Source: Phoronis australis
Lineage: Eukaryota; Animalia; Phoronida
Assembly (NCBI GenBank): GCA_002633005.1
Contig: NMRA01000685.1
Coordinates: forward strand, 124,001 to 188,000
DNA length: 64,000 nt
Reading direction: 5' to 3'
Shown piece by piece: positions 25,182 to 40,100 of the stretch. The notes under the pieces are model-generated. The model had not been told where the DNA came from. It saw nothing but the letters and a program-made list of their open reading frames with translations, and ran no database searches. How positions within the stretch are numbered: the stretch's first letter is position 1; the number at the start of each line of letters is the position of its first letter. The translations under genes and the position numbers were made by a program.

Positions 25182-28100
25182 CTAAGAGGCGTAGGTGGTC
25201 TTGCAATGAACTACAAGAGAATTGCAATATTGTTGATAAAATAATGTGCTATAAGGACGTGAAACTGTCCAATACACTACTGTATGAAGTATAGCTGTCG
25301 CCAGCCAACAAACACTCAACGATATACTAAAATACCAAGCACTTTAATGAAGTGGTGAACGTTTGAAGAATGGAAAATGACAATTATTTTGATACCAATT
25401 TATGGAAACTTTTTTTACCATAGACTTAAGAAAGCTGTTTGTAAGACATAAGTAGATCTTGACAATTAAAAGTCATTAGGAGCAGGTGAGTAAAGGAACG
25501 CACAGAAGGCTTGGCGTCATTACACTTACTTATAAACTCTGAGACGGGATCGTTCCCGTCCTCACTTCGCAAAGAGCCTGTTATGTCATCATTCTCAATC
25601 AGTGGTAAAAATAGTTGAACAAACTCTGGCGTGTAGGGGGCAGCAATAACGTCCAGAACCTGCGGGGAATGATAAGGTGACGGTATATTTCTGGTACAGC
25701 AAGGGGTTGGAAATTCATTAAGTCATTTTCCTTCAGCTTCCAGTAAATCGAATGTCTCATTTACAATAGGTCAAACTTTGACTGACCTCGATTTACATTG
25801 CAACACCAAAGATTGACAAAAGGCTTCAAAAACGCCAATGAAAATGTATTTGTTAAAATCAGTGCTGCACATAGCTGTTGCACAGGCAAAGGTGAAGTTG
25901 CTATCCACAATTCAATTTCGTTTGAAACCAAAACTATTTTTGGCAAGACCTGTATTTAATTCATGTTCCACGAGAGTCACATTTGAGTACACTCTTGAAA
26001 CTCAAACCCTTGCAAGTTCAGCCATCTTTGAGTATATGCAGTGACTGCGAGCAGTAGCATGCAGAAGTGGGGGCTGATGGGCGACGTCCTCGCGCATCCA
26101 TATCGGGGGCATCCAATCACTTTGAATTTGTGACCGGTTTGTACATAAATTGAATCAAACTCCAATATTGTTTCATCTTTTTTACTTTTCTTAGTCCATG
26201 CATTTGGGCAGAGAGAAGAGCATCCAAAAAAAAGAATCCCCAGAGCATCACCAAACCTCTGCATGCCACTGACTGCATGTCACAGTCGACCAAAATGTAA
26301 ACAAAAATAAGATGATGCTGCTCCCAAACTGGCAAACGTGACTTATATCCAGCTTCCAGTATGGAGACATGTTGCTTCTCACCTCGGTTACAAAGTGCCT
26401 GATGAGTGATATATCTGTATCCTGAGTCTCCCAGCACTTTTTGATGAATGATATGACAGGAATGACACAGCCTCGACTCAGTAAGTGCACCATGCGATCC
26501 AGCAGGGTCTTTTTAAGCTCAAGCTGAAAACCATAATCATTTGTCTAATTTGCAGATAAAGCTGTTCTGAACCTGTCTTCTGCCAAACAGACTAACTTTC
26601 AATTTAAACCACTTGCCATTGCAAACCTGGACCCAACTTATTCCTTACTCACATTACAAATTTACACATTTATGGGCTTGAGAAGAACTGAAAGTAGTTT
26701 TCTATTTGAGGCCATAGATTGACCTACACATGTTCGTAGCATAAATTGACCTACACATAGTGAAGTAATTATTGGACGAACCCTAAATATCGGACATTAC
26801 ATAAAATCTTACTCGAAGCATAATCTGAGAAATAAACGACACAAATTTTTGTTCTGCATTGTGTTGTTTTTTATAGTGTTGCCTCATTTTGATTTCGCCG
26901 AAAGAGGGTGCAATTTAGACCCCCGAGTTGGCCTAAAATTGACGATCTCATAAATCAGTAATAAAAGTTGAAAACAAAATCTTTTTCTACATTGAAGTTA
27001 CCTTATAGTAAATGAACTGACAATATGTCACTGTTTCATTTTTTTATTTGTTTTTAAACTCAAGTCAAACCCCGGTCACGCTCGTGCGTTTGTCATATCA
27101 AGCAGGCAAAGAGATACTAAAACCTGCATTGAAGTTGCATGTGTTTTAGTCATCTGCACTGATTAATCGAGACAACTTGGTGCTGTCATCTGATGACATT
27201 TTATGGCATTTTGTTGCGAACGGAGCTGTGTTCTAGCAGCAAATATATTAAAATACACGAGCTGCAATTTGGCGTCAAGGTGCCCGCGGCCATTACTTGA
27301 TTAGTCAGTTTTCCACGGTATGGCGTATGCGGAAACATGGCGTCCGACATTTAGGTTTTCCCAGGGTTTGCTACTTGACAAATGAATGTGTTTTTAAAGA
27401 TCAGTCAGAACATAAACGTGCCCAAGGTATAGTAACAGAACAGTTCTTTAAGGGGTATACCTAAAGTTATTTCCATAAAGAATTTACAACAATCTGTAGT
27501 ATTTCCAATTAAATATAATGCAAAATGTTCCAAAACTTCCGATATTTAGGTTGCTTGACTATACATTACCCAAGGTTTCGAGTATAGGATAATTTGAAAC
27601 CAATATTATAACGGTCAGGGTCTAACAAAAATAGGAAAATCACGAAACATGGGTAAATTTCCCCAAAATTACTGTATTCTGCCATGAAAATGCCAAATTC
27701 TCTTTTAATGCACACCTCCAACTTTTGAGTGAAATTTGTTAAGTAGCCAGGGGTACTCATTACAATGACCACTCTGGACACAAAACCATGCAATTTGATG
27801 AATCCTTGAATCTTAAAATTTCTCCTCAAAATAGAAAATTATAAATTAATGAAATTTTATAACTAATCACCCTTGTTTAACCCAGAAGTGGAGTTACCGG
27901 TAATCTGAGTGGCAGTTTGCAGCACACAACAATTGGATTTTATAAGAGCGCAAAAAGCCATAAATTAGTAATTTTATCGGAAGACAAGTCACAGTTCAAC
28001 ATCAAAATATGGATTATCCAAGTAGACTTATATAGCAACCCATTTGGCATGTAATTTAAAGCTGCAAAAGGAAATTCGGAGGGAAAACAGAGCCGTAAAA

Positions 28101-31100
28101 AAGCACATCTTAACAACATCAGACTCCATGGTAATAACTCATCTGACATCAGCCCTGCGCACGTATCTCATGAAATCTTGAAGTGAAGTTAGCAACGAAT
28201 TAGAATTGAGTGTTACACGGACTTTTGCACAGTCACATGGTGCACACACAATTAGTGGGTGTTTGCATGAACATGTATAAATACCCATCCCCATCATTCT
28301 TCACTGTGAAAAACTTTAATAACACCCTTCAGTGTTTATATAGCAGAATATGGTAAATGTATCCATGTATTTTCGTAGGATATGCAGTATACAAATATAA
28401 TCCAAACAATGGTTGCTATGGTAATATTTCATAAAAGTAAGGTATTACAAAGTTACCTGAACTAAAACATCAAGCTCATCAAAATTGACCTTGAACAACC
28501 TTATCAACAAGTCCAGGATGTGTTGATGAAGCAAAACATGGCAGGAAGAGATCTGCAATTCACATCAACAGACAGGTACAAACAGAACACAGCACCATAG
28601 TCATCAGGGACGGCATCCTACCCATTGACAGCTGAGGACTACTTCATGTTTTGTTTTGAAGTAACGCACTGTAATTTCTATCTTTGGTGACAAAAAGCAC
28701 ACTATACGACATCCAGGCATCACATTTTGACAATAATAAAAACACCTGCTCATCATCCCAAAACCTTCATTTCTCATCAACATCAATATTTTTGCGGATT
28801 TCATCTGCTGCTAATGTTCTTTGACTTTGCTGATGTTTTTGAAATGCATTGTAGGACGGCTGTTCGGCCTGTGAACATCTGTTGACAATAATGATATCTT
28901 GGGTATGTAAAATCTGTGCGTTCTACTAAAATGTCACAGAATAACAACATTTTTTACAGGACATATAAACAGCGACTGAAGACCATTCGTAAATTTTGGC
29001 ATAAGTCTACAGTTCAGACTATATAATATGTTAAGTTAGGACATTTTCATGAAACAAGCTACTGCTTTTAAGGTGACTTTTGTTAACAAAATGGTTTTCA
29101 AACATGCTTTAACTGATTGGCTCATTTCGTTTACAAATAAAACGAAACATTAATACAGTAATATATAATGAAAGAAATTACTCTGCAAAAGTGTTACTTA
29201 TATTATTATTATTTCCATTTTGTTTAGATTACTTTTAAAGTATCAAACTGATGTAATTACACATATTCCCATAGTAACTCACTTACCTCATCTAGTAGGG
29301 CCAAGTGTACACATATTCCCATAGTAACTCACTTACCTCATCTAGTAGGGCCAAGTGTACACATATTCCCATAGTAACTCACTTACCTCATCTAGTAGGG
29401 CCAAGTGTAAAGGCGTATGATCAGTATTGAGCTTGAAGTAGCTGGCTTCATTCACAGTGTAATCCACCCACTTCAGGATTCCCATTGATACAACCGGAAA
29501 CCTACAAAGTCATTTATACTTAAAAAAGAATAAATCATGACCACTGCACTTACTATAAAATAAATTTCCTGGCACTGCGGACGCACCTGGCTCCTTCTAC
29601 ATATGATTGATGACTGTCTGGTTTCCAGGAAATATTTTTTGCCCTCTATCGGTGTTGGGCCCTGTAAAGTCCTGTGAACCCTGGTAGAGGGCGATCAAAT
29701 TTTCGATGGAATCAGACAGTCATCAGTAGAAGGGACCAGGTGGTTCTGCTATCTCGGGAAATTTATTTTATAGCAAGACCAGTAGTTGTGATTTATATTC
29801 TTTACATTTATTTGATCACATGGATGAATAATAATACCCATTGTCTACAGCATCATTTGATAAAACTACTACTGCCAGCTTTATGCAAAGTAACGTGTTG
29901 TACTGACCCATTCATATTGTATGTGTTGTACTGACCTATTCATATTGAACGTGTTGTACTGACCCATTCATATTGAGCGTGTTGTACTGACCCATTCATA
30001 TTGAATGTGTTGTACTGACCTATTCATATTGAACGTGTTGTACTGACCTATTCATATTGAAAGTATTGTATTGACCTATTCATATTGAACGTGTTGTACT
30101 GATCTATTCATAATGAACGTGTTGTACTGACCCATTCATATTGAGCGTGTTGTACTGACCCATTCATATTGAATGTGTTGTATTGACATATTCATATTGA
30201 ACGTGTAGTACTGACCTATTCATATTGAACGTCTAACTTGAAAAGAAACCCCTCCACCCACATTAATAATTATTAAGCTTGCAATTATTTTTGACAAACA
30301 ACACACTTAACTTTCGACTAGAAATAAACAAAGAACATTATGTATACACCTTATTCACGCAGTCGCCTTTTTAGTAGTGAGCCTCTTTTTAGATTTCAAA
30401 ACAATGCATTTGAGACATAAACGAAATGAAGCGCGCTGTGATTAAGCACAAAATGCATTGTTGTAAAACCTAAAAAGAGGCTCACTATTAAAATGGCGAC
30501 TGCGTGAATAAGAAGTATGGGAACAAAATAGGCACATGCAGTAAAAACCTACCCGACTTGTTCAGGCCATTTCACAAGGTAAGTAACTCACAATCTAAAA
30601 TGTTTGTTTTCAACAGTTAGCGCTCATAGCCATTTTGCTTCAAAATGTACAAGGATTCTAAAGTATGTCTTTCACAAGTTAATTTCTCCTACTGTCCTAT
30701 AGATCCCAATTGACCATTCATACTTAATGCATTGGAATATTGTGCCAATCTCAGGGAGGAGTTCTGAGGCAGCTTTATTGTCTGCACACAGCTGGTGAGC
30801 CTTCTCTATGGCTTGAGTAGTGCTCCTCAAGTCCTCTTTGTTCAGGGACTTTCTAACACCCTGTAACAAAATAAAAAGACCATACAATTCACTACTAAAT
30901 GCTTAGTGAAACTAGAGTGTACGTTGTGACTCCATGCTCATAGTTTAACACATGCACGACTAGAATTCTGTTGATTTTAGAAGTAAGAATAGATTTTCAA
31001 ACAAACTTATTCAATTTAGTCCAAGAAAATATCACTTTAGGAACCAATTGAAGATGATCAAAATACCAGAGTCAAAAATATTTTTAAAAATGGGTGCCTG

Positions 31101-34100
31101 AGCATCTGCAGGGCGGTAAGGGGCGGCCCCCTACCCAGTGAACCACATCATCAGCCGTCTGGAGTCATACCCATCTGTCTCCTTGACATCCAGACACTGT
31201 TGTTCCACCAAATATAAAAGTGAACTGTATTACGCATAGCGTTAATACCGGGGAACTATCAATGATAGCTACTAACCTTTTTATACGTCTCGAACACACT
31301 GACAGCGTAAGCCAGGATGTGGATATATTTGGGTTTGTGATCGGGGTTGATCTTGTAACCAGGTTTAAACAAGGCGTCTAACAACAAGTCTGAAATAGTA
31401 AAAGACACAATGCAAACCATTAATTTAGATTAATTAACAGCTTTACTAAAACACAAAACCACATCTAGCAATGAACAATAGAAGTCTTTTTATTCTCTTT
31501 TTGTCACAGCAAAGCAATGTTTTAAAATAGATACAGAGTGAAAATTTGATATATCAAACTTTACCATCATATAAACCAAAATTAGGTTTCAATGACAAAC
31601 TCCTACAAATTAGGACTTCAAAATGGAGTCATGTAAACCTTCCGCAAACTGTTAACCTCAGTATACTGAAAATCTTTTACAGTGCTTGGAAAACCAACTG
31701 GCTTTTACTAATTTTAATGTTATGTTACTGACAAAGTGATTCTTTATGGCTACCTTGGTTTAGTGCCTCAAAGAGCGTGAGTTCAAACACCAACAATACT
31801 GATTTTTTTACATTGGCAAACTTGCACTTGCTTTGAAGCTTTGGTGCTGCCGAAGCTTCAGTCAACGGGAACATTTAACTTCGGTCCTGAATCAAAGTTA
31901 CCAGTGCGAGTTAACTATGAAGTAAAGACTGGTGGATTTAACAGCAAAATATCAATGCTTCGATACAATGGGAACACTTAACTTTGATGCCATTGGAGTT
32001 ATCAGCAGGGGTCACTGCCTACATTTGCCAAGAGCAGGCGGTGACTGTTTACTATTTGTTAATATTTTGTTCTAATAATTACTATTTTGGGAGTATAAGC
32101 GTTTCTGTTTCAATTTATCCACGTATTTGCTGGATTCTTCACAATAAAAAAGCAATTAACGTAAAGTGTAAACAAAGCGAGATCCCGGCACACCACACTG
32201 CCTTTGTTTGGATCAGCTGTTAGCCTGTTCAAGAGTCAAATTTTTTTAATATGTCATTTTCTAGTAAATTGTCATCGTCTCAACGTGGCAACCATTGGCT
32301 GCCTTGGGAACTTGACATAGTTTCCATCTGGAGAGGGAGAGAGGTTCTTGCCATTTTTGATGGCAAGCACAGAAAAAATAGCAAGGCATATTATCAATGG
32401 TCACATTAGCATCGCCTTGTTACAACTTTACTGAACCATAACTCCAAAGCTGATGGGAACACTAACGCTTAACTTCACAATTAACCACTGACAGTTAACA
32501 TTGAAGCTTCAGTAGTAGCTAAAATAACTGTACAGGAAAGGGCCGCTGTTACAGCTGTCTCATCATAACTTTATCTTATTCTTAATGGATATTTAAGAAC
32601 TAAAGGCATGTATTCTTACTCACCCAGAAACTGCGGAGCTCTGATGAGACTGACAGGTGGTGCATTCTCTGAAGTGTACATCTTGTGAAGCTGAAAGGGA
32701 AATTATGAACAAAAATAATTAATCACAAATCAATCTCAATCAAAGCAATCAGTGTCAGCACAATTAATTGCTTTCAGGTAGCACTGACTACTTTTCAAAG
32801 TTTTGTCCAACATCTGTGACAGACAAATACAGAGGCTCAGTAGCTTGAAGTTGGATGTATTTGGATGTAACATCACTCATGTATATGACGCATCTTTTTT
32901 CCAGAGTACGAGTTATCTCTAACAGTAGGACAAGTGGATAAACTCAATTTTGTTAAAGGGGTATGTCACCAGTTTAGCTGTGACTGATAAAATTCTAAAC
33001 TGAAGCCTTTTTGGGGTTAAAAACATTACCACACTCATACGGCCTTGAATTGTGGCCAAACGAGTTGACAATTAAAGTCAAAGGAAATGCGCACATGTGT
33101 TATTTTCGAGTTCTTAATTTTCTTGAGCCACTGATTATTTTAATGTTCTTATTGGTACCGGAAATAAAGTCCTATTTCGTTCTTGGGCTACTAAATACTG
33201 ACCACATGTAATTTTAACTTCGTACAATCGTGATACAAGTAACTTGTTAACTCAACGCAGTTTGCTAAACTTACCACAGTAATATCTGCAGGGTTGAGAG
33301 CATTCCTTGACATCATTGAGGCAAGTGCTTGACAGGCCCGGGGGAATGCTGCAGCCCCACTGAGCGCCATGGTTACAGGGGTCACATCCAAACCCCTAAG
33401 ATATATAAACCAAGCACTATCACTTTCCTGTGCAGATTCGTAATAAAGCAGTGTGTAGTAGTGCTGAGTAAAACTTGATCAGGTTCCTAAGCTGTTAGAG
33501 GACTGGGCTCCTTGGCAATTAGAGCACCCACTTTCAACAACTTTTCACCGTGTTGCACCAAAGAATGAACTTGAGATGTTTTTCTTATACAATGCTGATG
33601 GTACGCTAATTCAGTTAAAAACTTTTTAAATATCACTGATAATTGAAAAAGTATGCGTAGCACTCAAGACATAAAGCGCGTTTTCCAATTATATCGCATT
33701 ATTCACCTATCCTGTTTTACATAGGAGAGGATACGATCTCATTCTGAGGACGATTACCATAGGTGTATACATGTAGGCCGGGAAATCGGTATTCAAGTAC
33801 TGGTACTCAAGTATGTGCACAACAAAACGACACACGTAAACTACCACAAGCAAGAAAACCAGTTTTTATCAGTCACTGGAAATTTCGGAAGCATGAAATA
33901 TGTTTAAGAACTTACTTCGTCAACAGCTAAAATTGGATTTTGTAATTGGTATTCAGGCAGTTTTGAGAGCATAGTACTATGACATATTGACAAAAGACAC
34001 CAAAATTGAAAAACCATGTCTTTTTTGAAATATGAATTGCCTTGTTAGGTGAAAACACATATCAGATAGGCCAACTACAGTGACAGGGACACAAAGTGGT

Positions 34101-37100
34101 TCACAATTATAGCCATTTTCAAGAGTACACAAAACACACCTTACATGGTACTTGATGAACAAATATACAGTTTATTACTAGGTGAATCCTGATTACGGTT
34201 ATGTAGGACGCTAGAAAAATGTTCAATTTTGGTTATCTTCCAAAAATCATAACGTCATCATTATTAATCATGGTTATGTCTGCTCTTGTCATCCTCTCTT
34301 GCCATCTCATCTGTCATCATCATGTTATCGTCGTCCATGAGACGCGTACGATGACGTTAATAATTGACGAAATCGACCAATGACGTTGACTGATGAAAAA
34401 GGAACAGCGCATGATCGCCGATAGATGGTGCTAGGTATAGTAAGTTCAGTGTGGGAACATCAATAGCGCAATTAGTTGATCTGTCAATTGTGCTTCTTCT
34501 GCTAATTTTATTTCATTTCAATCGCACAGTGAACACTTTATGTTCACTTAGTGGTAACTAAACCATTTCAATGATGTTTTTCATTTTAAAATTGCTTCAA
34601 TTAATACTACAGGTACTCCAATATCGTCCACATACGTCGCGATTCTACTCGACGATTCCATTGATAAGGCATTCCCAGAGTATGCATGACAAGGGAGATA
34701 AGTCTTTATTTTGAAACATAAACGAGTCGACAAATTTGGATTTTCTTCCCTACAAGGATTATAATTACCATTTTTAAGAATGTAATCCAAACTTCTACAT
34801 TCAAATTACAACAATGACAAGTCGTTTTTCTGCAGTTTATTTGGCGCGGATACGAACCGATGTGATCTCGCGTGATCCAGCCTCATCACCCGTTTTTCGC
34901 GGTATTTTGTAAATGTGAAGTGCCATATGTGAAAGACCAGTCGCCAACTGACTAGAGCGACGTCTTTCGTGAAAATGACTGTGAAGCCAATGGAGCTAAA
35001 GCTTCAGGTTCTCCCCTCAACGGGATTCTGTGCCAGGTTCCCCCCTAGAGGGGACTCTGTGTTCAGGTTCCCCTCTTGAGGGGGCTCTGTGTTCAGGTTC
35101 CCACCTTGAAAGGGGCTCTGTGTTCAGGTTCCCCCCTTGAGGGGGCTCTGTGTTCAGGATCCACCCTTGAGATGGCTTTGTGTTCACGTTCCCCCCTTGA
35201 GGGGGCTGCGTTCAGGTTCCCCCCTTGAGGGGGCTCTGTGTTCAGGTTCCCCCCTTGAGGGGGCTCTGTGCCAGGTTTCCCATTATGCTCAATACATTCA
35301 GCTTAGGTCCCCAACACAAAGAGGGACCTCACAATGTAGAACAGAGCCCAAAATCGTGGTATTCTAACAAGAGAGCTTGGATATAAGGACAGAGACAAGT
35401 GCACAGCGTATTGAAACCAATACAACATTTGTATAGGTTATAAGTGGTATTGGCCGACTGTGAATAGCACTCGAGGAAGGTGGTGAATGGTGACCAGGTG
35501 ACTGGGTACTGGAGCGAAAGAACAAACTGCTCTTGGACATGAGGGGACCCAATACCTGATCAAGCTTCAAGTACCCCCAAAAATGGATCCAACACTGCTT
35601 CTGAGGAAAGACGCCCATTTGTGAAGTGTGCATGTTTCATACGCATTGTGAAAAGGGCCATAATTGTGAATAATTCATACATTTCATATTTATCTTCTTT
35701 CACATCAACATTTTTGCGATAATTGATAAACACATCATAAAACAAGTATCAATAAGAAAGTGTAGATATCCGATTGTATCCATAAATGAATAGCGGTATA
35801 CAGCCATATAGAGAATTGCGAAGTAGGACCATCCAACTTACTAGTATTTAAAAACACTGCATAGCCCAGAATGGAGCAACATGTGGGGAAACTAAACCAT
35901 TCTCTGTTAAATCCTGACACTTTTGGTCAAATATTCCATGCAAAACACCCAAGTTCACACCCAGGATTAACTTCAAATTTAATTCATTGTAAACTGGACA
36001 GGTAAACGTATGTCAGTCTACCATTAGTTGCCAACTAACATCATATCATTAAACAAGACTACCTTTCCTTAGCACAGCGCTGCAACTCCTGACATAACCG
36101 TTTGATGTTAGCGCCACCCTTAGGCTCCTGAGACAGGATGTGAAGAAGCACCTGGCTGTACAAGTATGTGTGCTCTCCATGACATGACATTTTCTGTAGG
36201 AAAAGAATATATCAGCATTAATTTGAATGATAAGCAATGTGTAAAGTGAACAATTTAAATCAGAAAAACAAGGACTGAAATAACTGTTTAAAATTGAGAA
36301 CTATTTTAGACCAGTTAGACTGTATCAAAAGAATCTCTCTTCTTGAAAAATGACTGCAGCACTGTAGATGAAAACCCTTGAATTGAACCACTGGCCATTA
36401 CTGGGTATTCAGGGATATCATCAGATCTTGCCTGCATTCAATTTGATGGTCAGCTAAAGGGAAATAGTAATGGTTCTTTATAGAAACCTCAGTTTGTGAA
36501 AACAACTGCACTGGCATGCTTTACCTCTCTTGACTGGCTACAAATCAAAATGCAATTAAAATTTTCCCTCCACTGAAGATAACCAACTGTCTATTAAGCA
36601 ATGTTTGCATGTATAAAGTTTGTAGGTACAATTGTGAACTGTGGGTCGGTGGCCTCTTGCTTAAAACAAAGTTATATAATCATAATAATAAATATCACCA
36701 AAAGGCTCACTACAAATTCTGCGAGATTCTTGTTCAATGCGTCGTCACCAGATTGCAGGAAGGTAGTGATGGAGGTCCTCATGACCCTGGAGAACACCTC
36801 GATCTGGTGACAAGCAGTGGACACACTAGTAATCTCGCCCTGGTAACCAGCGTCTGAGATGAGCTGCAATGGAAAACAGTTATGTTTCAAACCACAAAGT
36901 GCTTCATTAAGAATTCAACATTGACAGCTAAACAGTTGCATTTCGCCACTGTTTAGCTGTTAGTTAAAAATTTTTAGAGGTTTTGGACTGTGTATAATAA
37001 CTTTATTACACAAAATCTAACAAGCACGTATTTTGAGAAATAAATGAGGAGTTTAGGATTTTAAAGAAAAAAATAATGATTTTTTGATTTCCCACTACAT

Positions 37101-40100
37101 GATGTCATCAGTGGAAGATGTTGATCAGTTGACAATAAATATGCAAGGGTGAATAGCAGTGATTTTGTGAGTTACAAAGACTTACAGAGTGAGCCTGATG
37201 AGTATTATGAAGACAGACATGGAGATGGGGTGAAGATGACACTCAGGCCATAGGTAAAACAGGTAATAAGTTAGACTTCGCCATATAGGCAGACTTTGTG
37301 TGTTTGAGGCTCCACAAACTCGACCTGGCCTCCTGCGTCGTCGGCAAGTGAAGTGCAGCCAAAGCCTACTTAGTCTGTGGACAGTCCTGTTTTCAGAGAG
37401 GTAATTACACCTTTTTATTGTCACTATTTAATTTTGTAATCATTTCAATGTTGGGTAACATATGCGTCTCCGACTGTAAATCTAACCAAAGTTTTTACTC
37501 TGACTGACAAACCCAAGTCGTGAATAGTGAACACTGATGTCATTTTTTCGAATGCTGAGACCGTTTGTCATGAACGATGATATCTAATTTTAGTGATGCT
37601 AACTGGATTTTATTTCTGGTAAATGGTACTCGTTTCTGTCTTGTTTCAAAATTATGAAAGCTTTGTAGGCCGTTGTGATTCGTTGATTATTTTGGTCCAG
37701 TGTCCGACTCCAGTCTCTGTACTGGCTACGGTCGTGACCTCAAACTATTATGCATGGCATTTACATCCAAATTTCTACTATTAGGCATTGACGGATACGT
37801 GAATAGCATGCATTCCCACAAAATCGTATCGTGAACAGGAGTAGACTGATGAAAACTTACTGCAATCACATTCATTATCTCAGTCACAATTTGATGGTGA
37901 GGCTCATACTCAGTGTGTGCCTGACGACTATGTTCCCAGTAATGGCACAGCACATTACAACTTTTGGTCATCGAACAAACGAAGAAGAGCAACTACCAAA
38001 TTGTTGGTTTTCAAATTCAACCATTTATGACATTGGTGTGAAGGTTTTCAATGACAGAAAAGTATTCAATATTATCTTTCTGGAAAAGATGCACAGTTTT
38101 TCCTCGGTAGTTTCAAATGGAATCTCCGTAATCGAACAAGCGACAATTTGGAAGTATTGTACAATTTAATAAAGAACCCTTTGTAGTGTCAATTTCAGGA
38201 CATGTACGTACCTCAATATGAAGTTACCCATTTCAACCCAGTCCCAGCCAGCTTCATCAATATTTTAAGCTGGTTCAGACATTCTGAGGAAGAGTATGGT
38301 GTTACAGGGCCATAAAGCAATTGGGAGACAAGATTATTACTCAACAAAGGAACAGCAACACTGCAAAACTAATGAAAAGAATGACCCAAGGCGGATAACA
38401 TTTCAGCTAACCTTGATGGTAAAGTTTAACATAAGGCAATCCGGGTAATCCTCAGCCAGTTTATAGAACAAAGTCCTCCATGTTGGATGATCAATCATGT
38501 CTGCTAACCATGATGGTGTCTGAAATCAGACAGATAAAACATGGAAACTTACAAAATATCATATCAGCAGTATTCATCCGAGACTGCACTGTTGCATCAT
38601 TTAACACATTTAAGGTAAAGAAGACGAATAATTAAGTAGACAGATGCATCACCATGGTTGCGGTTGTGATGCAACAAGTCTAAAATATTAAAAACACCAG
38701 TTTCTGGTTTAGGTATCTTTCCATATCTTTCATTGATAGGAATACTACCAGATTTGCTGTTTATCCCCAAACATTGCCCACCACTTTGAAGCAGTGTTAT
38801 GATTTCTAGACTGCTTTTTGAACCCCAAAAACTTGAAAAAGAGACAAAATATAAGAAGGCTGGTCCACTGCTCTTCAGTGTTTGGAGGTGCAGATATTAA
38901 CGCCATGAGATGGGGTTAAACTTTTAGGATTCAACTCTACATTGACACACTGCAAAGCAACCAAGAAATATTTTCAGCTTCAAAGAATGGTTCCATTTTC
39001 CAAGATTTTGTGCAATCACTTAATATGTAATGCTCACCTCTCCTTGATCTGAGAAAATAGAGTCTGCCTTACGAGGGCTGAAGTGTTTCAGTAACATGTC
39101 TTTCAGATGGTTTTCAACAGTTTCCTGTACTTCTCTAATGTCCACGCCTATAGTAGAAACAACACACAATTCTCACACACGGCTTAAATACAGTAGTATT
39201 GACCATTGAAATTCAGTTATTAAAGGCAAACGTCATTAATTTGATCCAACTCTACATTCAGAAAATCAGAATGAGTTATTTCATGGTAACGCTTTGTTTT
39301 AAGTTATAATTTCAAATGGTCAGTCTACAAAATGATATATTTTTTCTGTACAGAAAACACATCAATTTTTCTAAAATCTTATGTCACGCTGGATACCAAT
39401 TTAACAGTCACATTCTCAGCTTTCAGCTAATTATTCTGCGAATACAGAATACTGGTTAGTCCAAGTTTTTTACCTTTTCCTTACTACCGGTATTTCCAAA
39501 TTTATAAAGTGCATTGTAAATCCTGAACTACTGATCCTAGAAACTCGCATTTTTACACGCATTTGAGCTACATGTAAACCTTTTTAATGATATTTTGTTA
39601 TACACAATTCACCAGGAAGTCTAAAAACCTAACAGAAAAAAAAACAAATTAAAGATTTTTAAGCTGATATTCTAATGTTGCGTGTTAGTAGTCACTGGTA
39701 TATTCTTTCAGATTAAATAAAATTCCTATCCGTACCCTCTACGCAATATTTGTACAAAACGGTTAGTAGAAATACAAATAAAATGAGCACTATCCCGTAC
39801 AAGTCAATATCAAAATTTAATGTTTCAATTTAATCCATGTAACATTTATTTCAACCTTAATTAAATGCAAATACAACGCAGCTATTCAATTGTAACACTG
39901 TAATTTCATTATCACAACGCAAATTTAAGAAACAGTTTAGCAACATTAATAATTTAATTTGAAATTACTCTTTAAGTCAATTTTAAGTGATGTAATATTA
40001 GTTTTACATTTAATTCAATGTAAATTAAAAGCGAATATTCAATTAAATAGTCACACAGAGTAATTACTGCCTTCAAGCAATAATATTCAACTTAACAATC

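Noticed and set aside
29892-30232. CRISPR-like 28-bp periodic array
   Set aside because: The units are contiguous with no unique spacers, there are no cas genes, and it lies in a eukaryotic intron. It is a minisatellite.
35002-35282. Palindromic 30-bp repeats as a CRISPR array
   Set aside because: No spacers; a simple tandem repeat.
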